A stretch of 64,000 nucleotides of DNA, from the sequence record NC_042116.1; one strand, 5' to 3'. The position numbers and the translations under genes were made by a program. Below the pieces are notes generated by a model. It ran no database searches, had not been told where the DNA came from, and saw only the letters and a program-made list of their open reading frames with translations. Positions 49,305 through 60,550 of this stretch are shown here, in pieces (the first letter of the stretch is position 1; every line of letters starts with the position of its first letter).

Positions 49305-50438
49305 ATGCAAACAAAATCAGTAGATGTAAGAATAAGAGAAACCAGAAAATTAAAACCACCAGGATCAATAATGACTGATACAAATTTAACACCCATTCAG
49401 CAACAAATTAAATCACTATTTTCTGATGCTATGGAATATTCTGCAAATCTTCGTATTACCGATATTGTAAATTATAACATGGCATCTAATTTTATTAATA
49501 CAGTACAAGATATAATTTATTATGTATCGAATGATGAGCCTATGGGTAAAAATACTTACAATAAAATTATTGAAATGTTTTGTGATAAACATGAATTTGA
49601 AAAAATCAATTTCGGTAATTATTGTATAATTTATGATAATGTTAATATTCATGGTGCATTTTCTTATCATGAATATACAGAAAAAACATATGGATTGTAC
49701 TATATCATTAACCAATCATATGTAGAAAGTCTTAACGATGTTGCGGATAATCGTCCCGATAAAAATGATACGCCTATAATTTCACGTATTAGTGTGGATA
49801 ATCGTGGTTGCCTTGAAATGAATAATATTTTGTTTAATGCACCTAAAATTGACATTCCCTCTAATATTATGTATCCTTGGTTTGAATATACACCAGAAGA
49901 ATATGCATTGAAATTCATAGAATCAAATGCTAATATTCTTCTATTGTATGGTGATCCAGGAACAGGTAAAACTACATTCATTAAGAAAATGCTACAAGGT
50001 ATTGGATTTACTGAAGCACGTAAAATTAATGTAGTTGATACCCCTGATGTTATGAATTCACCTGAACTAGTGAATAGAATATATATCTCTAAACATAAAG
50101 ATATTTTTATATTTGAAGATGTTGATAAACATCTATATTCACGTTCAGATGGTAATGAAATCATGGCGGGTTTATTAAATGCTGCTGAAGGTTTAGCATC
50201 ACCTGATGTAAAAATTATTATCAGTACTAACATAAAACGTTTATCTGATATTGATAGTGCATTAATCCGTCCAGGTCGTTGTTATAAAACACTTGAATTC
50301 CATACACTAGATCAAGAACAACAAATTGGTATTCGTAATTTCTTAGATCTTGATACCGAAGTATGCAGTGGTAAACAATCTCTTGCTGAAGTTATGAATG
50401 AAAAATCAGCAAAAATTCAAGCATTTGGGTTTAACTAA
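49305..50438 (+). CDS. AAA+ ATPase
   Basis: LLYGDPGTGKT Walker A, IFIFEDVD Walker B, ISTN...DSALIRPGR SRH. Confidence 0.92.
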   Translation: MQTKSVDVRIRETRKLKPPGSIMTDTNLTPIQQQIKSLFSDAMEYSANLRITDIVNYNMASNFINTVQDIIYYVSNDEPMGKNTYNKIIEMFCDKHEFEKINFGNYCIIYDNVNIHGAFSYHEYTEKTYGLYYIINQSYVESLNDVADNRPDKNDTPIISRISVDNRGCLEMNNILFNAPKIDIPSNIMYPWFEYTPEEYALKFIESNANILLLYGDPGTGKTTFIKKMLQGIGFTEARKINVVDTPDVMNSPELVNRIYISKHKDIFIFEDVDKHLYSRSDGNEIMAGLLNAAEGLASPDVKIIISTNIKRLSDIDSALIRPGRCYKTLEFHTLDQEQQIGIRNFLDLDTEVCSGKQSLAEVMNEKSAKIQAFGFN

Positions 50439-50484
50439 TAATATAGAGAAGGGTTAATTCCCTTCTCTTTTTAAGGATAAAACA

Positions 50485-51736
50485 ATGGATTTAATATCAT
50501 CAGTACTTATATTTGTTTCATTAATTGGATTAATTTTGTTTATGTATGCTAATCTATCATCATTTATTCAAATATCATTCAATAAAAATTTTGATATAGA
50601 TAAACATGAAGATAAATGGCAAATGAAAACATCTCCATTTTATGTAATATTAATCATAGGTTTTATTAATTTGGTTAATTTTTTTGTGCAATCACCAACA
50701 TTGAAATTTATTACTGATGTGGCATTTATCGCAGGAAGTTTAGCATATACAGTAGCACTTTGTGTTAATTTTTATAAAATGTACAAAATTTCTTGATATT
50801 TTTTGATAAGTAAGGTACAATAATGTTAAGGTATAAAATCACTCTAAAAGGTCTTAAACCTAATGCTGAAGAGTACATAACTGAAATATTGATTGTATGT
50901 GCTAGTACTGAATTTGAAATTGAAGCATTCATAAATGATGCTATATATGAATTGCGAAATCGTAATAAGTACTATCAAATGAAATATATATCTAAGGAAT
51001 TGTATAATGGAAATGAAGAGTGTACATGCGGAATTAAACAAGTATAAATCCAATTGGCGTACTCAAGCTGATGTAAATTCTACAATATCCAATTTAGTTA
51101 AAAAAATAAAACATTTAAAAAAACTTCGTGATAAAGAATTAAAAACAGCAAATACATTAGATGAAGTTAAATCTATTAGAACAAATCGTGGCAATGAAAT
51201 AAAATTTTATGATTTTCTATTGTACTCTATAAAACTTGATTACTATGAAATTATTGGGAACTTATGATATATCAAATGTTGATACATGAACTAAATAAAA
51301 TTAAAAATGAAGGTACTGATATTGGTAATTCAATTAAGTACTGTACTGAAAACGCATTTGATTTAGTTCAAAAATACAATGATGGATCAACTGTTAACGA
51401 ATTGGTACAAGTATGTTTAGCACATAAATAAACTAAAGGAAATCATACTATAAGGATATTAAAATGATTCATCCAAATATGAATGTTATACAACACTGGC
51501 AAGGTGTTAAAATCTCAGAACTCGGTGATCTTTTAAAATCACAAGGATTCCATTTTGTCAAATCATTTAGTACTGACGAAATGCGAATTTTTGTCAGTGA
51601 AGACCATACATTGATGATTATTTTTGAACGAAATGTTGGTAAAGTATATAATACTAAAGATAAGAAAAATACATTACACTCATTTAGTGTAGTTCCTGAT
51701 GATGGGCCTAAACTAAATCAAGTGAAACGTGCATAA
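50485..51736 (+). CDS. hypothetical proteins (50485-50796, 50823-51047, 51007-51267, 51464-51736)
   Basis: ORF track. Confidence 0.7.
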
Positions 51737-51744
51737 AAAAAGGG

Positions 51745-51773
51745 TTGACTTAGGTCAGCCCTTTTGCTATTAT
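51745..51773 (+). promoter_or_regulatory. promoter with terminator-like hairpin in spacer
   Basis: TTGACT-17-TATTAT overlapping AAAAGGGTTGAC-TTAG-GTCAGCCCTTTT; near copy of 43196. Confidence 0.75.
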
Positions 51774-51822
51774 AACTGTACTGAAACGGATACCAATACC
51801 AATTTTAAGTGAGATTCTTCCC

Positions 51823-52671
51823 ATGATTAATGTGAAAAATGTTAAATTTAAACCTTCATACGTAATGGATTTTGATACTAATGTTAATGGTATTAAGATA
51901 TCAAAAACCGTACAAAAAGTTATTGCAGTTATGAAACGTGATGGCATTAAATGCCATTGTTGTGATAATGATTCAGTATTTTTTGAAGTTGTTGCTAATA
52001 ATCAAATGGCAGCATTTATTGACAAAAATGGAAAAAAAATACGTCTTACATTAGATCATGACAAATTGGATTCATTAGGTGGTCATAATGTTATAAAGAA
52101 TTTTCATGTACTGTGTGAAGAATGTAACACTATTCGTGGAGATTTATTTGCAGAGTATAGTGCTTTTAAAGCATGGTATGATGAAAAGAAAAAATCTGGA
52201 AAGAAAATATCTAAAGCAACACAATATAATTATAATAGGATTGATTTTGATCATAATATGAAACACCATTGTCAGACTATTCTTTTTGATAATGGTATTC
52301 CTAAACCAATGAAGGATATAATTACTCATGCATTTAAAAGAAAAAATACATTGTCAGGAATCTATTCGTTAAAAATTATGAAAAAAGTTGGTAAAGAAAA
52401 TTTTGATAAATTCTTATCTGAATTGATTTACAGTACTGTAGCGGAACGTTTGAATATTAAACCTATTACTAATCAAAAAGTATTCAACATTTTTCCAAAA
52501 AATGAATCGTTAATATCAAGCCAATTTTTTGCTAATTTAAATAGTAATATGAAAAATCATTTAACTTATGTTATTAAAGAATGTCAACAAAAAGAAGTTA
52601 TTGAAATACATAATAACAGTACTTCCTTGTGGACACGTCTTTATACTGCATTACGTTCGATAATTTCATAA
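51823..52671 (+). CDS. HNH endonuclease-like protein (paralog of 48240)
   Basis: CHCC...LTLDHDKLDSLGGHNVIKNFHVLCEECN. Confidence 0.75.
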   Translation: MINVKNVKFKPSYVMDFDTNVNGIKISKTVQKVIAVMKRDGIKCHCCDNDSVFFEVVANNQMAAFIDKNGKKIRLTLDHDKLDSLGGHNVIKNFHVLCEECNTIRGDLFAEYSAFKAWYDEKKKSGKKISKATQYNYNRIDFDHNMKHHCQTILFDNGIPKPMKDIITHAFKRKNTLSGIYSLKIMKKVGKENFDKFLSELIYSTVAERLNIKPITNQKVFNIFPKNESLISSQFFANLNSNMKNHLTYVIKECQQKEVIEIHNNSTSLWTRLYTALRSIIS

Positions 52672-52677
52672 AAACAC

Positions 52678-52706
52678 TTGACTCCCTTCTGGGAGTCTGT
52701 TATACT
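52678..52706 (+). promoter_or_regulatory. promoter with hairpin in spacer
   Basis: TTGACT-17-TATACT containing GACTCCC-TTCT-GGGAGTC. Confidence 0.75.
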
Positions 52707-52734
52707 ATCTTCATTAAGTGAGAGGGAGTATAAA

Positions 52735-53517
52735 ATGATTGATCGCCGTGAAGTACTAAAACTACGTATCGCTGAGAATTTTGATGCTATGATGGATACA
52801 CTTGAGTGTGTCTTGAATCCATTGAATCCTATTAAATCCATGACTATTACTGGAGCGAGTGGTATTGGTAAATCATATAACGTTATTAAACGTTTAAAAG
52901 AAGCTGATGAATCAGGTTTTTGTAATTATCACTACCTTAACAGTAAATGTACTACCCTTGGTCTATACCAAGCACTGTGGAATGCACGTGAAATTGGTTC
53001 AGTACTGTTACTTGATGACGTTGATGTATTCGATACTGAAGATAAGTTGAACTTATTAAAAGCTTCATTGGAAACTGATGAAGAACGTATTATTACATAT
53101 ATGAGTACTTCTCGTCATTTAGCTGATAATGATATCCCAACACAATTTGATTTTCGTGGTAAGATTGTATTCATTACTAACAAAGATTTAGTCAAAATTT
53201 CAGAATCTAATTCAGCACTCTCACCACATGTGGATGCGTTGATGACTCGTGGTGTGTTTATTGATTTGGAAATTCATGATAATGAAAGTATTATGGTTCA
53301 TATTGAAAACATCATGAATAGTACTAATATTGTCGCTAAATTTGGTATTAATAACGAAGGAGCAAAAAGTATACTCAACTTCATGTTGAAGAATTCTGCT
53401 AATCTTCGTAAACCATCTTTACGTATGCCAGTACAATTGGCAGGATTGTTTTTGCAATATCCTGATAAATGGGAAGTACATGCAACTAAAATGTATGTAA
53501 AATCTAAGAAGGTATAA
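52735..53517 (+). CDS. P-loop NTPase
   Basis: ITGASGIGKS Walker A, LLLDDVD Walker B; GGGAG RBS before ATG52735. Confidence 0.85.
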   Translation: MIDRREVLKLRIAENFDAMMDTLECVLNPLNPIKSMTITGASGIGKSYNVIKRLKEADESGFCNYHYLNSKCTTLGLYQALWNAREIGSVLLLDDVDVFDTEDKLNLLKASLETDEERIITYMSTSRHLADNDIPTQFDFRGKIVFITNKDLVKISESNSALSPHVDALMTRGVFIDLEIHDNESIMVHIENIMNSTNIVAKFGINNEGAKSILNFMLKNSANLRKPSLRMPVQLAGLFLQYPDKWEVHATKMYVKSKKV

Positions 53518-53518
53518 A

Positions 53519-56075
53519 ATGAACGAAATATTTTTAATTGCATCTTATGTAAATGTTTCTATATGGTTAATAGTATTAATAGTTATGTTCATTGGATTTT
53601 GGACGTATGCAGACTATTATACTAATATGGATAAATTTACAAGTTTATTTATTTTAGTAGCAGGAGCACTTAAATTTATATTTGGAGCTATTATATTCAG
53701 TGCTGCATATAGCATTGATAATGATCTTAAGCATTCAATTGATGTTACTGTATACTTGGTTAGTATTATAAGTTCAGTTATATATGCATTTATTCTTTTT
53801 GTTATAATTATTCTTTTCTTCATACACTCACGCCAATACTTTGGTCGTAAACGTAATAAACTTTAAAGGTAATATAAATGATTAAATTATTAATGGATGT
53901 ACCATTGTCAGCATTAAGTACTGAACAATTAAAGTTGTTAGATTGGAAATCATTAAATCGTACCGATATTGAATCTGTCGATGATGAATTCATTTCTGCT
54001 AATTTTAATAAATTTAGTACTAATCTTGTAAAACATCTTATTATAAATGGTCGTGTTACTCCAAATGTAATGCAACATGACCAATGGATTGAATTCATTA
54101 ATACACAACAACGTGAAATTGATGTATTTAAATATATCCAATTTCCTTACAGTATTATTAATGAACTTCTTGAAAATAACAAAAGTACTCAGTTTCAACG
54201 AAAAATTATTGACACACAACATTCCGTTCCAATTGAAACGATTATTAATAACATTTCACCATCTTCACTAAATGATATGTTGCTAAGTAATTCAAATCCA
54301 GCGGTAATTGATTATATTCAAACTCCTGAAGGTTCTGAATTATTAAAAAAACGCGGTACTGGAATGATGAATAACTTGAATTTTTTAACGAGTACTGAAG
54401 CAAACAACATGGGATTTGTTATTAAAAATCATACAATCAGTGTTGAAGTACTTCGCCGTGCTGGTGCGTGTAGTGATGGCTGTAACTATGCTCGTCGTAT
54501 CCTTAAAGAACTTAATGTGAGCCATATTAAATGGGATGATGCGATTTTACTTATTCGTAATAGCCCAAAATTACAAAATCGTTCATCTATTCGTAACTAT
54601 TTGTCATGGATAATTGAATCACGTTCTCGTGTAGTACGTGCTTCATCTGAATTGTTTTAAAACTAAACTCTCTTCGGGGAGTTTTTAATAGGTATTAATT
54701 TATGATATTATCTGAAAATATATTTTATATGCTTATATCTGGATTTACATTTGGAATTACTTTTACAGTACTGTTAGTAATAGGATGGTTCTTCTGTGCA
54801 GACTATTACTATAAAGTATATAATATTCTTGATGAAGTTGGTTTGTTTGTAATATACTTTATGAGCATATTAGTGTCCATCATTTTTACTGCTTTTTATA
54901 TAAAAGGTGATTATAATGCAATGACTATGATACTCGTAATGTATAATATTACTATAGCATGTGCATTGTTATTGGTATTCTTTAATTTTATTATACCTCA
55001 TGTCCATAATATGCGAAAACATTTTGCCACTAAACGTGGACGAACATTATGATTGAGTTAATTACTAATTCATATAAGGTACTCACTGAGTATCCAAATA
55101 TTGTTAGCATCCCATTGTATCTCAGTACTCTATTTGTAGGATTGGTTATTATTGGCTGGTATTTCAGTACTGACTATTATGATGAGATAGAAAATTTCAT
55201 TGAGTGTGATGGTGTCGAATTTATAATCTTTAATGTAATAATACTAGCTACTAACTATATTATAATTTATAATCATGGTCTTTCTAATATTGTTAATATT
55301 ATATTTAATTTTATATTGTTCATAGCAGTAGTACTACCATTAATAATTAGTTGGCTAAATTGTTATCGTTTGCATATTCGTAATAAACGAGGTAAACTAT
55401 GAGTGGTATGCAATGGTTAGAATCTAATCAAATTGCTTTCGGAGTCCCGACTTTTATTTTCATGACATTGTATATGTATATTTTTATAACATGGGTATTT
55501 GCAACCGATTTTTATGATAAGTTTCATGTAAATCATAAAGATGATTTAACAATGTTTAATATCTTGTTTTTCTTTAGTGTAATTAACTTCGTAATAGGAT
55601 TATTTTATTCATGGTTTAACCCAATTTCGTGTATAATAAATGGATTCATTTTTTTAGTTTTATTATTGTTCTTTGTTGATTTTTTGTATAATATTTTAAA
55701 AAAAATCAATAACCATTTTCTCATTAAACGAGGTAAGAAATGTTAACATTTATTATTGATGCATATAACACACTTTTCATCGCAGCATTATTTTTCATTT
55801 TATTAGACTGGATGTTCGCATTGGATAAAATTAATCCTGTACTTGATCGTACTATCATGTCTGGTGATGATTACTTAGTTCCAGTTATTGGTTCTGAATT
55901 TATTGCATTGTTTACACTCTTCGTTGCCGTAATTACAAAAATCGAATTCTTCGTGATTGTAAGTTCAGGATTAACTATAATGTCTATGGGTTTGCTAGTG
56001 TTGGGATTGTTTTTTTACAGTATATTTGTGGTACTGTCTAAAGTTAGGAAATATTTTATTACACGGAAAGTATAA
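53519..56075 (+). CDS. five paralogous small membrane proteins (53519-53866, 54702-55052, 55049-55402, 55399-55746, 55740-56075) plus CSDG-family protein 53878-54660
   Basis: Shared W.(F/Y)..D(Y/F)Y motif after TM1 and basic C-terminal R.(H/Y)F..KR(G/N)K tail. Confidence 0.8.
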
Positions 56076-56142
56076 ATGTACTTGACTTAAAATAAATTGT
56101 ATAGTATAATTTTACCTATCAAATGATAAAGAGGAATTACCC

Positions 56143-56424
56143 ATGAAAGAAGATATTGTGTTGGAAATCGCTAAGCGTACTCTAACTGAAGTAAAAGAAC
56201 AAGTTCTTTCTACACCATTTATTGTATCCCCATTTGCATTTCTTGGTGTTATCGTTAGTCCATTGTGGGCTACTCTTGTAGTTGCATTAGTGGCGATGGC
56301 TTATATTGCTTATGAAGAATATAAGTACTACATTGAAGAAGTAGAAACTGCTAAATTTGAAGTTCAAAATAAAGCAGATCCTATTGAAAACGAAGTTAAA
56401 CAAAAAGATTCTGAAAAGAAATAA
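56143..56424 (+). CDS. membrane-anchored hypothetical protein
   Basis: GAGG RBS; terminator AAAATCCCCCAT/ATGGGGGATTTT at 56429-56457. Confidence 0.75.
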   Translation: MKEDIVLEIAKRTLTEVKEQVLSTPFIVSPFAFLGVIVSPLWATLVVALVAMAYIAYEEYKYYIEEVETAKFEVQNKADPIENEVKQKDSEKK

Positions 56425-56481
56425 TAAAAAAATCCCCCATTTATTATGGGGGATTTTATTAATTTAGATGAAAGGTGAATA

Positions 56482-57102
56482 ATGAAACGTACTAAAAATA
56501 TTAATTGCTCCCGTTTTCGTAAAGTACATTCTTTTTGGAAATACAGTGCTTTATTTGTAGCTATCGGTAGTACTTTCTTTTTAACTGCATGTGATGTGCA
56601 AGAAGAAAACGTTTCAGTTTATAGTACTATTCAAGCATGTGAAAATAATGCAACAAATATCACCGATAAAAATCGTTGTGCGTTGGATTATCAAAATGCA
56701 TTATCTGAATCTGAAAAAGTTTCTCCTAAGTATAATACCAAAGATTCATGTGAAGAAGAATTCGGTACTTCACAATGTACACAAAAAAGTACTAATACAA
56801 GTTCAGGTATTATGTGGTTCCCAATTATGAGCGGCTTTAGTTCTTCTAATGCTAATTATTCTAGTCAACCTTTATATTCCAGTTCCCGTTATTCATCTGC
56901 AATGCATAATAAATTTGTTGATGCAAATGGAAATTCTTTTGGTGACTATAAAAATTCAGGTAAAGTATCAGTATCTAAATCTTCATTAGAACCAAAACGT
57001 ACAGTAACAAATACTATTACTCGTGCAGGTTTTGGAAGTACTGTAAAAGCAAAGGCTTCTTCAGTCTCGCATTCATCCAGTAGTCGTAGCTTCGGCGGGT
57101 AA
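56482..57102 (+). CDS. DUF1190/YgiB-family lipoprotein
   Basis: MKRTKNI...FRK, lipobox LTAC, Y.....C...C...Y..AL...+..PKY.T...C..EFG...C, W.P+M.G, TRAGFG, SRSFGG, matching enterobacterial YgiB as recalled. Confidence 0.85.
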   Translation: MKRTKNINCSRFRKVHSFWKYSALFVAIGSTFFLTACDVQEENVSVYSTIQACENNATNITDKNRCALDYQNALSESEKVSPKYNTKDSCEEEFGTSQCTQKSTNTSSGIMWFPIMSGFSSSNANYSSQPLYSSSRYSSAMHNKFVDANGNSFGDYKNSGKVSVSKSSLEPKRTVTNTITRAGFGSTVKAKASSVSHSSSSRSFGG

Positions 57103-57112
57103 CTCCTTAACC

Positions 57113-57135
57113 AAAAAAGCCCCAAATGGGGCTTC
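57113..57135 (-). terminator. terminator between convergent blocks
   Basis: AAAAAAGCCCC-AAAT-GGGGCTT. Confidence 0.7.
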
Positions 57136-57139
57136 TATG

Positions 57140-58288
57140 TTATACTACTATAATAATTTCTTCAAATATTAATACGTTTGAACTGTGTGTAGTACTGTAT
57201 CCACCATAAACTGCACCACATGCATATAACTTATTATTATCGGTTAATATATAAGTATTTTGATTACTACCAATAATTAATTTTATTATTGAACTTCCCC
57301 AAACAGGAGTAATTGAACTAAATGTTAACACATTAGTAGTATTTCCCCTACCTAACTGACCACTCACATTATAACCCGTATTCATGTAAATTCCATTATT
57401 AACTAAATGTGTATTGATTGAATTAAGACCTACGAATAATTTTGAAATTGATGAACCGGCAGTTGTTATTTCAGTTAAAGTTCGATACACTGTTATTGTA
57501 CCACCATTTCCAAATTCACCATATATATTTGAACCAACTAATGATGTACCTGTTATATATAATTTATTGTCCTTTATTACAAAGGTTGAAGTACCACCAC
57601 TACCAGTATCAAATGTGCTAATACTAGTCATTACCGAAATAAATGTTGTAGTACTTGTTGTGTTTCCGGTTCCTAACTGATATGAACCGTTAATACCACA
57701 ACCCAATAAGTTGTTTGATGAATCCTTTATGAAATTACCTCTAGCCTCTTTTACATCTGAACGAATAAATCTTAAAACATTCACTGAATTAGTATTGGTT
57801 CCATCACCAAAAGACGATATTGTAGTTACATTATTTTTCCCTGAACAATAATATGAACCATCTTTTAGTACTACTTGCATTTTTGCACCGTAATGGAAAT
57901 ATATATCAGAAATTTGTGCGTCAGTTGTGATACCTACTGGACTGAATAAATCAGTTCTATTGACAAATGTAGTATTAAAATTTAAAGTGTCTGAACCAGA
58001 TAGTACTCTTGTATCTCCAGCGAACCAAAATTGATTACTAATGTCAATGTATAGTACTACTTGTGTACTTCCAGATGCCCATACGTCTTTAACACTAGAA
58101 CGTATAAAAATAAATTTAGGTACTGGATTAGTATGCCCTAATCCTAATTCACCATTTCTATTTGAACCAGCACCATATAAGTCACCACCAGTGGTTAAGT
58201 ATAATACCGCATTGGCTGAAGTGACAAGTTTCTTTATTCCTGGTATCGGTAATATATTAGTATTGCTTATTATTGGAAAAGGTAACAT
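57140..58288 (-). CDS. RCC1/BLIP-II-like beta-propeller protein (paralog 6 of array)
   Basis: MLPFPII leader; LYGAGSNRNGELGLG, GYNVSGQLGRG repeats. Confidence 0.85.
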   Translation of the reverse strand: MLPFPIISNTNILPIPGIKKLVTSANAVLYLTTGGDLYGAGSNRNGELGLGHTNPVPKFIFIRSSVKDVWASGSTQVVLYIDISNQFWFAGDTRVLSGSDTLNFNTTFVNRTDLFSPVGITTDAQISDIYFHYGAKMQVVLKDGSYYCSGKNNVTTISSFGDGTNTNSVNVLRFIRSDVKEARGNFIKDSSNNLLGCGINGSYQLGTGNTTSTTTFISVMTSISTFDTGSGGTSTFVIKDNKLYITGTSLVGSNIYGEFGNGGTITVYRTLTEITTAGSSISKLFVGLNSINTHLVNNGIYMNTGYNVSGQLGRGNTTNVLTFSSITPVWGSSIIKLIIGSNQNTYILTDNNKLYACGAVYGGYSTTHSSNVLIFEEIIIVV

Positions 58289-58298
58289 TTTATTCTCC

Positions 58299-59429
58299 TT
58301 ATACTGTTACTAATGTTATTGGTTGGAATGTTAGTACATTGGAACTAGGAGTTACGTTAAATCCACCATTTACCCCACCACACGCAACTAAACTGTTATC
58401 TTCGTATACTATATATGTATTTAAGTTACATGAGAAAATAGTAGCAGTACTAGGTACTGTAATATTCGGTACTAATCCAAATGTATAAACTACACCAGCA
58501 CTACCACGTCCCAATTGACCCGTAACACCATTACCTGTATTCATATATCCACTGCTATTGTGTAAGTGAGTTAATAAATTACCTACGTTTTGTACTAATT
58601 GTGTTATCCCACTCCCAGCTTGTACTATATTGGTTAATGTACTATAAGTAACAGCAGAAGTACTTCCATCACCAAATTCACCGTATATACCTAATGATGA
58701 ACCCATTATATATAATAACCCACCCTTAATGCAAAAAATTGATCTTACTCCAGCTTGTATAATAGTTACTCCAGTACTCAATAGTACAAATGTAGAACTT
58801 CCTGAACTTGATACTGATGAACTTAATTGGCTGTATGTATTAGTACCACATCCATATAAATTATTATTATCATCCAATATGTAATTACCATTTACTGATA
58901 ATACATTATTTCTAATAAATCTAAATGCATTAAATGAATCAGTGTTTGTCCCGTCACCAAATGAAGTAATTGCACTTATGTTATTTTTACCTGAACAAAA
59001 TAAACGACCATCATTCATTAATACATTAATTTTTGAATTAGAATATAAATCTATTGTTTTTATATCTAATAATGATATACTAGCTGAAGAAAACATAGTG
59101 GTAATATTGACAAATGCATTAGTTGGACTAGATGATCCTGTGTATATACCACTATTACCAGAAAACATAACCTTTCCATCACTATCCATTACAATTACGG
59201 ATGCACTAGATAAACTGGCAAATACATCCCTAACTCCTGAACGTATTAATATGAATTGAGGCTTAGCCCCTGAACTACCTAACTCACCCATAACGTTAGC
59301 ACCAGCACCATATAAATTACCATTTACAGTTAAATATAATAATGCAGTACTACTAGAAACAAATTTCTTTATGTTCTTTGGATATACAGGTGATGACTTT
59401 GTATTACTTATTATCGGAAATGGTAACAT
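58299..59429 (-). CDS. RCC1-like beta-propeller protein (paralog 5)
   Basis: MLPFPII leader; LYGAGANVMGELG, GNGVTGQLGRG. Confidence 0.85.
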   Translation of the reverse strand: MLPFPIISNTKSSPVYPKNIKKFVSSSTALLYLTVNGNLYGAGANVMGELGSSGAKPQFILIRSGVRDVFASLSSASVIVMDSDGKVMFSGNSGIYTGSSSPTNAFVNITTMFSSASISLLDIKTIDLYSNSKINVLMNDGRLFCSGKNNISAITSFGDGTNTDSFNAFRFIRNNVLSVNGNYILDDNNNLYGCGTNTYSQLSSSVSSSGSSTFVLLSTGVTIIQAGVRSIFCIKGGLLYIMGSSLGIYGEFGDGSTSAVTYSTLTNIVQAGSGITQLVQNVGNLLTHLHNSSGYMNTGNGVTGQLGRGSAGVVYTFGLVPNITVPSTATIFSCNLNTYIVYEDNSLVACGGVNGGFNVTPSSNVLTFQPITLVTV

Positions 59430-59438
59430 AATTCCTCC

Positions 59439-60539
59439 TTATAATGGTAATGTTATTTGTGCGAATTTTCCTGAAGAAGATGCCGTTCCAGGTAATAATC
59501 CCGCTGTACCACCTGTGCCATATACTTTCCCATTCTTAACGTAATATACACAATTGTTAGTACTCACTAATTGACTTATACCTATGTCTGTACCAGTAGC
59601 TGTACTGTCTATATTACACTTTGTATATACATATACCTGACTTTGGGTTAATCCTATATATGGACCCTGACCTGTACCATATATCCCAGCAGCCGTTCCT
59701 AGTACTGAACCATACGTAACACATGCACTCATTAATGGCTGAACTCCTGCACTCGGTACTACTACTGTACTCAATGCAGTCTTGTTACTCGTACCACCAT
59801 TACCTAATACTCCTAATGAACCATTACCTACTGTGTACCAACCATTACTCTTTAATACATATAATGTTAAATTCCCAGCCTGTACACCTATAACACTACT
59901 CCCATTAGTCACTGCTACCCATTGCGTCTGATTAGCCGCCGATGTGTTTATTATCTGATAATAATTGTTTACCCCTGTACCATATAATACATTACTGGTA
60001 TCTAAATAATATGAAGTACTTATCCCTAAACTTATCGATAAACAAAGGCTACTCCTTAATACAGGTAATGCATAATTACCACCTACATATCCTACCCATG
60101 AACCACTCATGTATAATGCATTGTTACTCAGTACAAAACTTAATGTATTACTATTGCACTGCAAATCACGTACTGAATGAGTAGTCCCTGAAATCGTTAA
60201 ATCAAATAATATAGTACTTGTACTAGTGAAACTTGTACCTGAACCTGATAACCATTCAGTCTTCCCACTGTAATATAACTTGTTATCCTGCTGTACTACC
60301 ATCGTGTAACTAAATTGTCCTCCACACCATACATCCTGTACGTTACTCTTTATCTTAAACCAACTGCTTAATGAACCAGTATTACCTAAACCAAACTGAC
60401 CATACGCATTAGTACCTAAACCGTATAAATCTCCATTAGTATATAGTACTACTATGAAATTATACCCAGTACTTATCTTCTTTATTGTCCATGTAGGTAT
60501 TATATTACCGTACTTTACTATCACCGGAAATGGTAACAT
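59439..60539 (-). CDS. RCC1-like beta-propeller protein (paralog 4)
   Basis: MLPFPVI leader; LYGLGTNAYGQFGLG. Confidence 0.85.
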   Translation of the reverse strand: MLPFPVIVKYGNIIPTWTIKKISTGYNFIVVLYTNGDLYGLGTNAYGQFGLGNTGSLSSWFKIKSNVQDVWCGGQFSYTMVVQQDNKLYYSGKTEWLSGSGTSFTSTSTILFDLTISGTTHSVRDLQCNSNTLSFVLSNNALYMSGSWVGYVGGNYALPVLRSSLCLSISLGISTSYYLDTSNVLYGTGVNNYYQIINTSAANQTQWVAVTNGSSVIGVQAGNLTLYVLKSNGWYTVGNGSLGVLGNGGTSNKTALSTVVVPSAGVQPLMSACVTYGSVLGTAAGIYGTGQGPYIGLTQSQVYVYTKCNIDSTATGTDIGISQLVSTNNCVYYVKNGKVYGTGGTAGLLPGTASSSGKFAQITLPL

Positions 60540-60550
60540 CTCTTCTCTCC

